64,000 nucleotides of DNA from Eledone cirrhosa (lineage: Eukaryota). The translations under genes were made by a program, and so were the position numbers. The notes under the pieces are model-generated. The model was given only the letters and a program-made list of their open reading frames with translations. It ran no database searches and was not told the DNA's origin. Below are positions 1-11,756 of the stretch, piece by piece. The first letter of the stretch is position 1. Each line of letters starts with the position of its first letter. The DNA lies in the NCBI GenBank assembly GCA_964016885.1, contig OZ024740.1, positions 175,336,001 to 175,400,000 on the forward strand, given 5' to 3'.

Positions 1-497
1 GATAACAAGTTATCGTTACAGACAATCCACTTAGATGTAGTCTAGTTAGTGTACTCCCTGTTGTGGATGGTATTAACGTATGGCTTAGTTTGACTCAACA
101 AGACGCTTCCATAGTGATGCAGCGAGTTCACGGTGATTTCTATGTAGGTTATACTTGGAGTAATAATAATTCAAGAAAGAAGAGCAACATAGTTGTCTGT
201 ACAATAAGGGCTTTATTCACAGTGCTGACAATTGTTTCTTTGATCTGGTAGGTCTAGAGTTCGCTAATCGCTTGGTATTGCGTCAATGGATCTCCAATAC
301 TTTGTTTATAACCAGTTAATTCATCGTCGCTCGCTCTGATGGATTGACTGGTTACAAACAAAGTATTGGAGATCGATTGACGCAACATCTAGCGATTAGC
401 GAACTCTAGACCTACCAGATCAAAGAAACAATTGTCAGCACTGTGAATAAAGCCCTTATTGTACAGACAACTATGTTGCTCTTATTTCTTGAATTAT
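1..497 (-). mobile_element. PLE-type non-coding element (family U) with 5' fold-back; arms ~168-326 / ~337-497
   Basis: ~160-bp inverted repeat. Bases 1-300 are the diverged reverse complement of 10790-11095. Contains a hammerhead and ends in (TA)n. Confidence 0.7.
333..439 (+). ncRNA. Type I hammerhead ribozyme, long stem II, A9->G (degenerate)
   Basis: GCT CTGATGG ATTGACTGGT...ACCAGATCAAA GAAA CAATTG TC AGC; palindromic stem III (ACAATTGT), GUC site. Confidence 0.55.
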
Positions 498-916
498 ATA
501 TATATATATATTATTTTTATTGTTTGACCCGAATTACTTGGTCGTTTGTTTTGGCTGTGCGGATGATATGTTTAATCATCATCTCAGTGTGTTTGCCCCT
601 TAACATATGTTGTAGCTCTGATTCACATGAATCATCGAGCGCTTGCCACACATATCGGACGTTGATTTTCCTTAATTCCTGAGCTGAAATACGATTCTCG
701 CTAATTTATATTTATATATATATATATAAATAGTCTGTTCGCTTGTTACGCGAACTTGAATTAGGCGAATTCGCTTTAACGTTTCTGTAAGAAATATTAC
801 TAAATATTCACTCTGCGTGAATAACGCGGTATAACGCGTGTGATTTTTATTTATTATTTTATTTATCAGAAAATTAGACTTGAATTACAAGATTTTGTAC
901 ATTTGTACAGTGTATG

Positions 917-1023
<107 letters not shown>

Positions 1024-1186
1024 GTATATATATATATGCGCGTGTGTGTGCGCACGCGCCTGTATTGATAAAAAATCAGAGAATGTATCAACATTTATAT
1101 ATGATTATATAGATGGAATGATGAGATCAATAAATAGATGTAACTATGGTGATTAGCTAAATAATAAAAAGAAAATGTGTAAAAAG

Positions 1187-1249
<63 letters not shown>

Positions 1250-1743
1250 TGTGTGTGTGTGTGTGTGTAATTAATTGTTTATGGCAGATTTAAAGATCAG
1301 AGGTGCTGTGGTGTGTGCCTCTCTGGGGACAAAATGATTAATGGATGTGAAGCAAAGATTTGTTAGAATATATGCAGATGTAATTGTTGTAAAGACGAAA
1401 TTATAATAGTAATATTAATGAGGTAAGTGAGATAAGAACTGTAGATATATAAAGATAATAAAGAAATTTAAAGTTGTAGAATATTAGCGTAAGATGATAT
1501 GGAGACAATATTCCTGGAGAAATTCTATGGAAGGTGATTATAAATTTGATAAAGTTTGACTGTATTCTGTTTAGAGAGCCTTAGTTTAAACTTTGAAGAT
1601 TGGCTTGACTTGTTTAGAAGCTAAGATGATTTGCCTTAAATATGGCTATTAGAAGGTTCATACATACACACATGCATGCATACATACATGTATACATCCA
1701 TACGTAAATACATACGTACATACCATATATATATATATATATA

Positions 1744-1923
1744 TTTCACAGTATTTTTTGACTAAAGAAATTTTAGTCTGATAATGGGGTTTAGAACCCT
1801 CAGATAAATGGAAAAAGATGAGTATTGACGTACATACGTCAATACTCATCTTTTTCCATTTATCTGAGGGTTCTAAACCCCATTATCAGACTAAATTTTC
1901 TTTAGTAAAAAAATACGGTGAAA
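1744..1923. repeat. Near-perfect 180-bp palindrome next to (TA)n
   Basis: ~89-bp arms centred on GACGTA-CA-TACGTC (~1833). Confidence 0.85.
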
Positions 1924-1982
1924 GCTATTCTATTTTCTAATTTCAAACCTGCTCACTGTTTCAAAGCATATTTTACTTGTCA

Positions 1983-2020
<38 letters not shown>

Positions 2021-2488
2021 GTTTTGAGAAAAACCAAAATTATAATTCAAATAATTTTATTAATTTGTACGTCCATTTCGATTTAATTAAATGTATTAAA
2101 CATCAATAATAATTTGCAAATTAATTAATTAATTAATTAAGTAAATCAAGAAACATTGCAATCATATATTACAAATCTCTTCACGAAACAAATATTAGCT
2201 TTGGTGAATGCATGACCCAAAGTACCAGGTAAAGCAGGTGGTAATCAGCAAGTAACACATATAAAGTGAAAAGATGTCTTTTTCAAAAAGCCAAATATTG
2301 TATACATACAATATGCAAACACAAGTATTGTATACATACAAAATGTTAACATTGATCTTCCACGGACTTGGTAACGAACGCGTGTTATACCGACATCTAT
2401 TGACCTCTTGTATCTACATCTCTCTCTCTTTCTCCCCCCTCTCTCTCTCTCTCACTCTCTCACTCTCTTCCTCTCTTTCTCTCTCTCT

Positions 2489-2550
<62 letters not shown>

Positions 2551-2569
2551 CGTTTTATCCTTCAGCAAG

Positions 2570-2777
2570 ACACTTTACTACACATTGATCCATTTCACTT
2601 AACTGTAGAAAAGAGTTGCGACGTCACTGGTGCCAAGCTGCGTTGGCCTTTGCTTTTCCCTTGGACTACACCAGTGACCTGGAGAAGGGAGAAAGTATGC
2701 TTGGGTGACTGCAAGGAGAGGAAATTTCTATGTGCAAAATCCATGGTCATTCGTGACCGATAGGGTGTTTACCCTTA
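2570..2777 (+). mobile_element. SINE 3' fragment (second octopus-type SINE family)
   Basis: gcgacgtcactggtgccaagctg...catggtcattcgtgaccga, recognised from memory as an abundant octopus SINE. Confidence 0.5.
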
Positions 2778-2799
2778 TCCATCATATATATAGATATAT

Positions 2800-2892
<93 letters not shown>

Positions 2893-3619
2893 TCACACAC
2901 ATATATTCGAACCAATGATTTTATGAGCTAACGACCCTCACAGAAACGCAAGCTATAACCGTTATTCACTTCTTCAGTTCAATGTGTTTGACACTACAGT
3001 AGACTGGCGTCCTGCCCAGTGGGGGAAGAATTGTACTTGCAGTCGCTTCCCATCACGGAACCGAGATAAGCACCAGCCTAACTGAATTGAGATAGTCTTT
3101 AGATTTTAGAGATAACTATAACAATAGTCGACTACTTTAAATTATAGTCATTGAACAAATCTGGCAAATCCTCATGGAAATGGACAGGAAATAGACAAAG
3201 ATAACTCCGAAGAATCCAACGGCCCATCTTTAATGTGCTGGGTGACCGCTTTTAATCATTACGCCAAAGCTTCAAAAGCCGTTAATTACCGTTCTCTTTA
3301 GAAGATTTATGCCTGAAGCTTGAAGGGTAACCACTCTGTTGACTTAATAAGGATTAAGACATTTGAAATTTGGAAATATAGTCGCCACTAAGCTGATAAC
3401 TATGATATTTGTTGACCTATTTAAATAATTGCTGAACAAATTGGGCAAATACCATTTATAATTATAGACAGAAAAAAGTGGGTAGAGACACACACGGGGA
3501 ATCAAAACAAGTCTTTGATTTCTTCGAGCCTTAGAGAGTAGGGGTATAGACAGAAATAATTGTCAAGAACTTCCCCTCCCTTAACTTAATTATGCAGAAT
3601 ATCAGGCTTTTCCAAGATC

Positions 3620-3880
3620 CTGCAGAGCCTTCTCATACCTCTTAACAAGGGATGTCTTCATCACGGTGCGTACACCATGAATGCAGAGTTGGTTTTCTGG
3701 ATAATCTTTCCAGAAGAAAGTATAGTTAGTTGAAGCTTCTGTGTCTTGCCCTTCACCAGATATATGGATTTTCTTTAAACCGGCTTTGTCCATATTGTAT
3801 CATTTGAGCTCACACATTCCAGAGCAATATGGTAATCAAGCTTGTTAGCCCGCTTTCGTTCCAGTAAGGTACACATGTAG
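3620..3880 (-). pseudogene. RTE-clade LINE AP-endonuclease remnant
   Basis: GEGQDTEASTNYTFFWK...IHGV resembles the RTE/BovB APE motif GEGQL.E...YTFFW.G...HGVG; frameshifted. Confidence 0.65.
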
Positions 3881-4408
3881 CCATATAGACAGTAGAAGGT
3901 TATTTTCTGTTTGAATCTCAAAGATTGGGCTTACCGCCAGCTGGGGGCCAACTGATCAGCATAGGTTTGGAACAAGCAATCCTTAGAGCACCTTATCTAG
4001 GTCTGTGCAGCATGGGAACGACTTGTATCACTCCTACAAACGACTGGTCGGTCCCCCAAGCCCATTGTCTTTCCAGTTCCGCAAGGCAACGACCCTGACA
4101 CAATGGTTTCCATGTGCTGGATTGAGGCTATCGACTTCGGGCCGTTTTAACAACATTATCGATCCTTAGCAAAACATTGCGCTAGGGTCATTATTTACAC
4201 AATCACTCACAGGAGTAAAAATGTAAATGGTCGATAATATGTGAAACATAAATTTTGCCAATACCATTGTTATTAACTGTTGAAGTGACATTAACATATA
4301 TGCTTTTATATAACGCCTGAGACATATGTGGTTACAGAGGTAACGATGGTATTAAATCAGAAGCAACTGTCAGTGTTCACTTACAACAATTGACATTAAT
4401 AATATTCA

Positions 4409-5041
4409 TCTATATATATAAAACTGAGGATGTGTGTGTGTGTGTGAGAATTTGAATCCCTAAAACTCGAGAAATACCCAACCGATTGTTTTCAAACTTT
4501 AAATGTATATTACTTATATTTCAGGGAGTGTTACGCACATAAAAATTTCAACTTTTTCATCACCTAGGGCCTGCATTAGGTGAAAAACTGCGTTTTTTTC
4601 AGCTTTTTAGGGTTTTTTTGAGGCGTTACGTCAGACCGATTTCCTTGAAATTGTAACTATGTATTAGTCAGTCTCTTCTTCATAACGTGAGCAAAGAAAA
4701 TCCAACTTTTTTATGACCTAGGGCCCGAATTAAGTGAAAAACTTCATTTTTTTCAGCTTATTAGGGCTTATTGGAGGCGTTACGTCTAGCCGATTTTCCC
4801 GAAATTTCAAGGCATATTATGCACATAAAAAAAATTAATTTCCTTGATCCCCTAGGGATTAGGTGAAAACCTGCATTTTTCCTGCTTCATCGAGGAAAAT
4901 CTTAAAGATTATCCAGCCATCAGAGTATTCGGTTTATTTTCTTTACATATTGTCCAGCATGCAGTTTTTCCACGATTAGGTCTGTTGGCGGCCCGCGTTC
5001 CAAAATACCTTATCCCGTGCAACGCCGGGTACCACTGCTAG
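4409..5041 (+). mobile_element. Non-autonomous Helitron, family A
   Basis: A|TCTATATATATAAAA start, (TG)n, 3' hairpin CCCGTGCAACGCCGGG, CTAG|T end, no TSD; copies at 15039 and 56557. Confidence 0.9.
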
Positions 5042-5667
5042 TATTTAATAAAATACATTCTAAATATGCATTTTCCGATAACAAATATCTATAATTTAGT
5101 ATAATATAGTATCTATTTATTTATTAACAGGTCACAATATACATAGACCTCTGTGCTCGTGGGACCCATGGGCAAATGCCTAGCGGTCTCTTGTGTCAAG
5201 ACGGCCTTGTAGCAACTGTCAGTTGAACTGTATCCATCAACATCACACCACGGCTGATTGCCACGAGAAAAAAGATTTGTGCTTTCATTGTTTGAGGTGT
5301 ATTTCTCATTGAATTGGTACTGACGCATATACTGGGTGACCAGACACCTATACTTAGAGTACTGATGTCGCCCTTGTCAAAATGCCTGTCACCTAACAAT
5401 GTTGCTTCACCCATATGGCTGGAGGAGTCCTCGTGTTCTTTAAGGGGTGACGTCTCTACTGAATCCAGAAACTCCAGTCCTCTTACTTAGTTTAGCATGC
5501 CGGTCGCAGGGGTTTACCCGAATATGTTCACTGGTGAACACAGCCACTCATTGGGAGCAACAGGTGAGAGTTGAGGGCCATTCGGAAATAAAGTTTTCGA
5601 GCTATTTTCGTTGGACATGATATTAGATAGCGGTGCTATCTATTACTCTCTCCCTCTGTCTCGACAC

Positions 5668-6275
5668 TCACAAACACATACACACAAATATATGAACACA
5701 AATACATATTTCATACACACACATACACACAAATATATGAACACAAATACATATTTCATACACACACATACACACAAATATATGAACACAAATACATATT
5801 TCATACACATACATACACACAAATATATGAACACAAATACATATTTGATACACACACATACACACAAATATATGAACACAAATACATATTTCATACACAT
5901 ACATACACACAAATATATGAACACAAATACATATTTCATACACACACATACATACAAATATATGAACACAAATACATATTTCATACACACACATACACAC
6001 AAATATATGAACACAAACACATATTTCATACACACACAAATATATGAACACAAATACATATTTCATACACACACATACACACAAATATATGTACACAAAC
6101 ACATATTTCATGCACACACATACACACAAATACATGAACACAAACACATATTTCATACACACACAAATATATGTACACAAACACATTTCATACACACACA
6201 AATATATGAACAGAAATACATATTTCATACACACACATACACACAAATATATGTACACAAACACATATTTCATAT
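5668..6275. repeat. Minisatellite, ~42-bp unit, ~14 copies
   Basis: Unit ACACACATACACACAAATATATGAACACAAATACATATTTCAT with some shortened copies. Confidence 0.9.
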
Positions 6276-6464
6276 ATAACAAAGTAAACTTTATTCCTTG
6301 CTTTTGGGAATCCCTTGGAATTTTGTGTTTTTCCAGCAGATTTTACAGGTTGTAATTACATTTCGGAACAAGTAATATACTTTAATCAATTTTAAACAAA
6401 ACTCTGCGTAATTTTATATTAAAAATTAAATTTATCCCTTGTTTTAAGCTTACTATTTTCTTTC

Positions 6465-6584
6465 CAGCATAGAGTTACGTCCCTTTACGGTCTGAGTTCA
6501 AATCCCGAGGAGATTAACTTTGCCTTTCATCCTTACGGGGCCGATAAAATATTTGCTGGCCTTGTGCCAAAAGTAGAAACAATT
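6465..6584 (+). mobile_element. tRNA-derived SINE (MetaSINE-like), 5' truncated
   Basis: B box GAGTTCAAATCC, GCCTTTCATCC...GATAAAAT core, GCTGGCCTTGTGCC tail. Confidence 0.8.
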
Positions 6585-7618
6585 ATTTTCTTTTGTTAGT
6601 TTATTAAGTTTTCCTAATATTCTTTTTGAAACATATATGATATATTAGGGGAAATAATGTTGGATAAATATTCGATATTGTATAAGCCGGTAGAAAAAAA
6701 TATGTATCTCTTGTATTTCCATTCACAATTGAAGTAAACATATTTATTTCTATATACAACCCTAGATGAACCAACCCCAAATCTAATATCATCAATATAG
6801 ATAATAATGAAGGAACAATTTTTTCATTTCCCAGTGTGGTTTGTATATTAACGAAGTTTCACTAATGTAAATAAATAAATAAGAGAAAAAGTGTATGCCT
6901 TATATCTTTGAGGATGGGGTGTGTGTATTATTTAGTAATAAAGAAAACCGATCAAGAAGAGAGAACATGGCGGAAAAAAGAGTGGTTAAGGATACGGAAA
7001 GGAGAAAGAAAAAGAGGAAGGAAAGGACATAAAAATGTGTGATAGAGGGTATTATATAGAAAAACAAACAAATATACATCACAAGTTATCTCATATTTCT
7101 AAAAATATTTGTGAAAAATCCATGTATTATCGGACAAAACAAAAAGCAAAAAACAATAACAATCTTTAAGAAAGAGGCATAATCACATATTAGAAACTAT
7201 TTATTATCCAATAACATTAGCAATGTTTACAAAAAAGCTGACGCTAATACACATAATTCAATAAATCTGTAAGCCAGACACAAATGCCACAATCATCAGT
7301 CTAGATGAGTGAGTAAGATATTTAGACCCACGTACACTATAACGATAGATCCTCCGACGGTTTCGGCAATCAACTGAACTATCGGCTCATCCCGCGCAAA
7401 GACAAACGCGTGCGTGTATATATGCGTCCATATACTTACATATACATAACTAGACGGGCGCGTATACCAACACGCATACACAGAGGGCGAGAGAAACGGA
7501 CAGACACTCACGCACACGCATACACGTATACATATTGTAAAACACATGGATATATGCGGAAACTCTTACCACTGTATGTATTGACTTCTTTTTTCCACTC
7601 GGTTGTAAACACAAGCGC

Positions 7619-7714
<96 letters not shown>

Positions 7715-7734
7715 CATCATTATTTGATATAGAG

Positions 7735-7922
7735 GGGCGGTGAATTGGCAGTATCGGTAGAGGGTTGGACGCCATGCTTTCTAGCATAGTTACGTCCCTT
7801 TACAGTCTGAGTTCAAATCCCGCCGAGGTTAACTTTGCCTTTCATCCTTACGGGGTCGATAAAATAAAGTACCAGTAATGTACTGGATAATTGCTGGCCT
7901 TGTGCCTAAAGTAGAAACAATT
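7735..7922 (+). mobile_element. tRNA-derived SINE (MetaSINE-like), full length
   Basis: A box TGGCAGTATCGG, B box GAGTTCAAATCC, GCCTTTCATCCTTACGGGGTCGATAAAATAAAGTACCAG domain. Confidence 0.85.
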
Positions 7923-9038
7923 ATTTGATATAGAAATCGCTTCTACAGGACTAGAACTGTCTCACCCGCATTAATTCATCAGGAATATATGTCATTTTTT
8001 ATATTATTATTTTCATATTCTTTTACTACTGGTTTCAGTCATTTGACTGTGGTCATGCTGGGCCACCACCTTAACTTATATTCAAGCTGCAGCTTCCCTT
8101 CCTCGCTACTCTGAGATTCCCGCTTCCTTTTTCGCAAAGGAGTTTAATAAATCTCTATTACGTGTATTAAATACTTTTTTATCCGTTCTTATTCGTATAG
8201 TGTTAAAATTAAGTCCCCCACTATCACTCACCAACACAAACGTATGCACACTACAGAATGTTCTCCACTAATATTGTCTAATTCATTTTCCGCTTTCATA
8301 CCATGACGTCATTACATTTTCTCACATTATATATAGCTACGCGATAGCACTTTCGTCAAAAAGGAAATTACTATTATTTTATCAGTAAGGTTATTAATGG
8401 TGTGTAAGCAAGATTTTGAAGTTCATTTTATGCCTCAAATAATTTATAACATATCAGCTATAGACCATTGCTAACAAGCGTGGGTGTTTATATATACATA
8501 AACACTCCCGCATATCATTATGCTTTGTGTATACATTTGCGAACACACATGCAAGCCCACTCATATACATATCTATATACATTTATATACTATAGATAGG
8601 CAGAATAGAGTGTAAAGGTGAACAGATGGCTTTGGCCAGTTACGAGCGTTGAGGGCGACTGTGCTATTTTTTTCCATTTGGTGAGAGCCTATTATCTGTT
8701 TTGCACAGGTCTATGTGTAACCATTTCATAAATAATTTGAGACGTTTCATAAACTGATAATATACTTATGATGACATTTGCCTGTTTTTCTTTCTTTAAT
8801 TTGAAACTTTTCTTTGAAGATAGGAGTGTTCATTTTGAAATGTCTATTTAACTGACTACGAAGTATAATCGTTTGACGTTTTAATTTCGACGCCGGCGAC
8901 CACGTTGGATTATTATTCATTTGTTGCAATATAACACGCGATTCATCGACCTTTCTTTCATTGTTTTTATATATATATACACACACACGTACGCACACGC
9001 ACACACACACGCACACACACACACGCGCACACACACAC

Positions 9039-9081
<43 letters not shown>

Positions 9082-9400
9082 TACATAATAAATGATTGAT
9101 TTTAGAAAGCCGGTACAATGAGATAGAAATATATAAAGGGGAAAGGATGACAAATAAATAAAAACAAAGTAATGTTTTTCTTACCGAGTATATTTCAACA
9201 TAATATTTCAGGGTTATTGCTCTTTTTTTATGCCCCCCCCCCCCCCAAAATAACAGAACAAGCGCTGCAAGACAAAAACGTACGATGTGTTTTTCCTTAA
9301 CTGGTCAAACCAGTTCGTTTTGCATCGTTTGCTTTTGTTTGGCTGGAAGGAACATTTGAGGATTCTGACCTCACGACCCTCTCAGGAATAAGTGGACGAA

Positions 9401-9431
<31 letters not shown>

Positions 9432-9435
<4 letters not shown>

Positions 9436-9549
9436 AGTATGTGTGTATACGTACATACATATATGTATACAGACGTACACACATACTTACATTTAAGTAA
9501 GTGCCGTACTAAGAGTGGGAAATGGAATTTCGTTTTCATTTTATTTCAA

Positions 9550-9552
<3 letters not shown>
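9432..9552. mobile_element. Fold-back remnant related to family T (23760-24692)
   Basis: Shares gtatacagacgtac and aagagtgggaaatg.aatttcgttt in opposite orientations; within (TA)n. Confidence 0.6.
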
Positions 9553-9587
<35 letters not shown>

Positions 9588-9592
<5 letters not shown>

Positions 9593-9683
9593 TAAAATAA
9601 CAGATTAAAGTTTAAGCAAAGAATCGCTGCTTTCACCCTTATCGAGCCCTCTTTGGATTTTAGTCTTCAAATTTATTATTATT
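9588..9683. mobile_element. Fold-back remnant of the PLE-2 terminal repeat
   Basis: Reverse complement of 35743-35797 joined to a copy of 32572-32615; flanked by (TA)n. Confidence 0.8.
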
Positions 9684-9761
9684 ATATATATATACACACA
9701 TATATATATATATATATATATAAATATAAATATATAAATACATATATATATATATATACAA

Positions 9762-9852
<91 letters not shown>

Positions 9853-10769
9853 CTAACGGCGACATAACATTTACCGGTTATATAAACTTTTCATGCTATA
9901 TAACATCGTACTGACTACATAGCCTTTTACATGCTACATAGCTTTACCGGCTACATAATGAATACCGGCTACGCAATTGATCTTGTTGTTTAAGGAAGTC
10001 TGCGAATAGTGTTTTAAAAAATTATTTGTTAACTCACATGATGTGAAATGGTAGTATTATCGCCATGAAGATTAACAACCGAAAATGAAAATAATTATGT
10101 CGTTTGATTTTACGATTGAAAGAAAATAATTGTCGCAAATTAGAAGTTTTATTTGTTAATGAAGTGTGTATGTGTGGTTAGAAATCCGGCACGTGGTTAA
10201 ATTGATTTAAAGTTTAATTATTCATTTGATGTGAGTGTGTGTTTGTATGTGTTTGCAAATAAATAAATCAATTTGAAGACTCACATTTAGAATAAACGAA
10301 ATTGTACGTTAATGTGGCTAATGTTTTTGTTGTTCAGTCTGTAAAGTGTATGAGTGAGAGAGTAAAACGGACAGTATCACCATCAACATGAACAATGTAA
10401 AATGAAAAGAATAGTTGTTTCAGCTTGGAAAGAGAAAGTAGTAGAAAGTATGAAGTTGTATAGATTTTGAAGGGTAATGGAAAGAGTTTAGCAGTTGAAA
10501 TGAGAGAGGATAAAATCGTAAAATATTGAGTTTTATCGATTTTTTGCGTAATTGTGGGTGAAATTGAAACAAATATATGTGCCATGACCCAATCAAAGCT
10601 ATTTCGAATACTGAATTGTAAATTTAAATTGAAGAAATTCTATATCGTAGATTTCTATAACAAAGAAATGTGACCATACACTGAGCTTTATAGATTATGA
10701 TATTTTATTATTGATGTTATTGTTTTGATTATACGCTATTTCTCTATATATATCTTGCCTTGTACGAAT

Positions 10770-11095
10770 TATTTTTGTATTCTGAGGATTTGATCAGAGG
10801 TAAATAATGTAATGGAGATCGAGTGACGCAACTTCGAGCGATTAGCGGCCTCTAGACTCACCTGATCAATGAAACAATTGTTAACACCTGAAATAAAGCC
10901 CCTTGCTGTACAGCCAACCATGTTACTCTTCACTCTTTCACTATTATTACTCCAAGTATAACCTACATAAGAATTACCACGAACTCACTGCCTAACTATG
11001 GAAACATCTTGTTGAGTTAAACAAAGCCGTACGTTAAAACTATCCACGACGCAGAGTACTCACAACCTCTAACGGGATTACCTATAATAACTTAT
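10770..11095 (+). mobile_element. PLE-type non-coding element, family U (second copy)
   Basis: Diverged reverse complement of 1-330; ends next to (TA)n. Confidence 0.7.
10777..10887 (+). ncRNA. Type I hammerhead ribozyme with ~80-nt stem II domain
   Basis: GTATT CTGAGGA TTTGATCAG...CTGATCAAT GAAA CAATTG TT AACAC. Confidence 0.65.
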
Positions 11096-11099
11096 TACC

Positions 11100-11161
<62 letters not shown>

Positions 11162-11476
11162 ATACACACAAACACACACACACACGCACACTCTCTATGC
11201 ACTCCTGAAAGGACCCGCCCGGTATTTACCGCAGATCCGTCGTCACAGCATCCTTGGTGTTTTTCACGTCCGGAAAAAGAGTCCCTTTGACTAATCACCG
11301 GTGGTGATTCCCCAGCAAGTCTGGTTCGGTTTCAAGACGCTTGAAGATGTGCCGACACACCTGCGCACGCCGCTCTTTCTAAATCCTGGTGGGGGAGCTG
11401 GTTTGGTCACCGCCTAGTCGAACATGAAGCAGGTTGTATACAGTAGCAGGCAGCGACCTGTTTTCGCATTAACATT

Positions 11477-11658
11477 GGATTGGCAGTATCGGTAGAGGGT
11501 CGGACGCCATACCTTAAAGCAAAGAGTTACATCCGTTTACGGTCTGAGTTCAAATCCCGCCGAGGTTTACTTTGCTTTTCATCCTTACGGGGTCGATAAC
11601 ATAAAGCACCAGTAATAAACTGAGATAAGTGCTGGCCTTGTGCCAAAAGTAGAAACAA
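11477..11658 (+). mobile_element. tRNA-derived SINE (MetaSINE-like)
   Basis: Same family as 7735-7922. Confidence 0.85.
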
Positions 11659-11676
11659 ACATATATATATATATGT

Positions 11677-11756
<80 letters not shown>

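Noticed and set aside
4040-4070. GGTCCCCCAAGCCC resembling a twister ribozyme motif
   Set aside because: Extra C residues, no P1 or GAGGG partner, and on the opposite strand to the adjacent RTE remnant.
5611-6355. ORFs with HTHTHKYMNTNTYFI repeats; possible CRISPR-like array
   Set aside because: 42-bp minisatellite with no unique spacers and no cas genes, in a eukaryotic context.
7735-7830. tRNA genes suggested by A and B boxes
   Set aside because: No cloverleaf; the boxes are SINE heads continuing into the SINE core and tail.
11190-11475. GC-rich island upstream of a SINE
   Set aside because: Single copy here with no ORF or recognisable RNA motif; probably a LINE 5' UTR fragment but not supportable.
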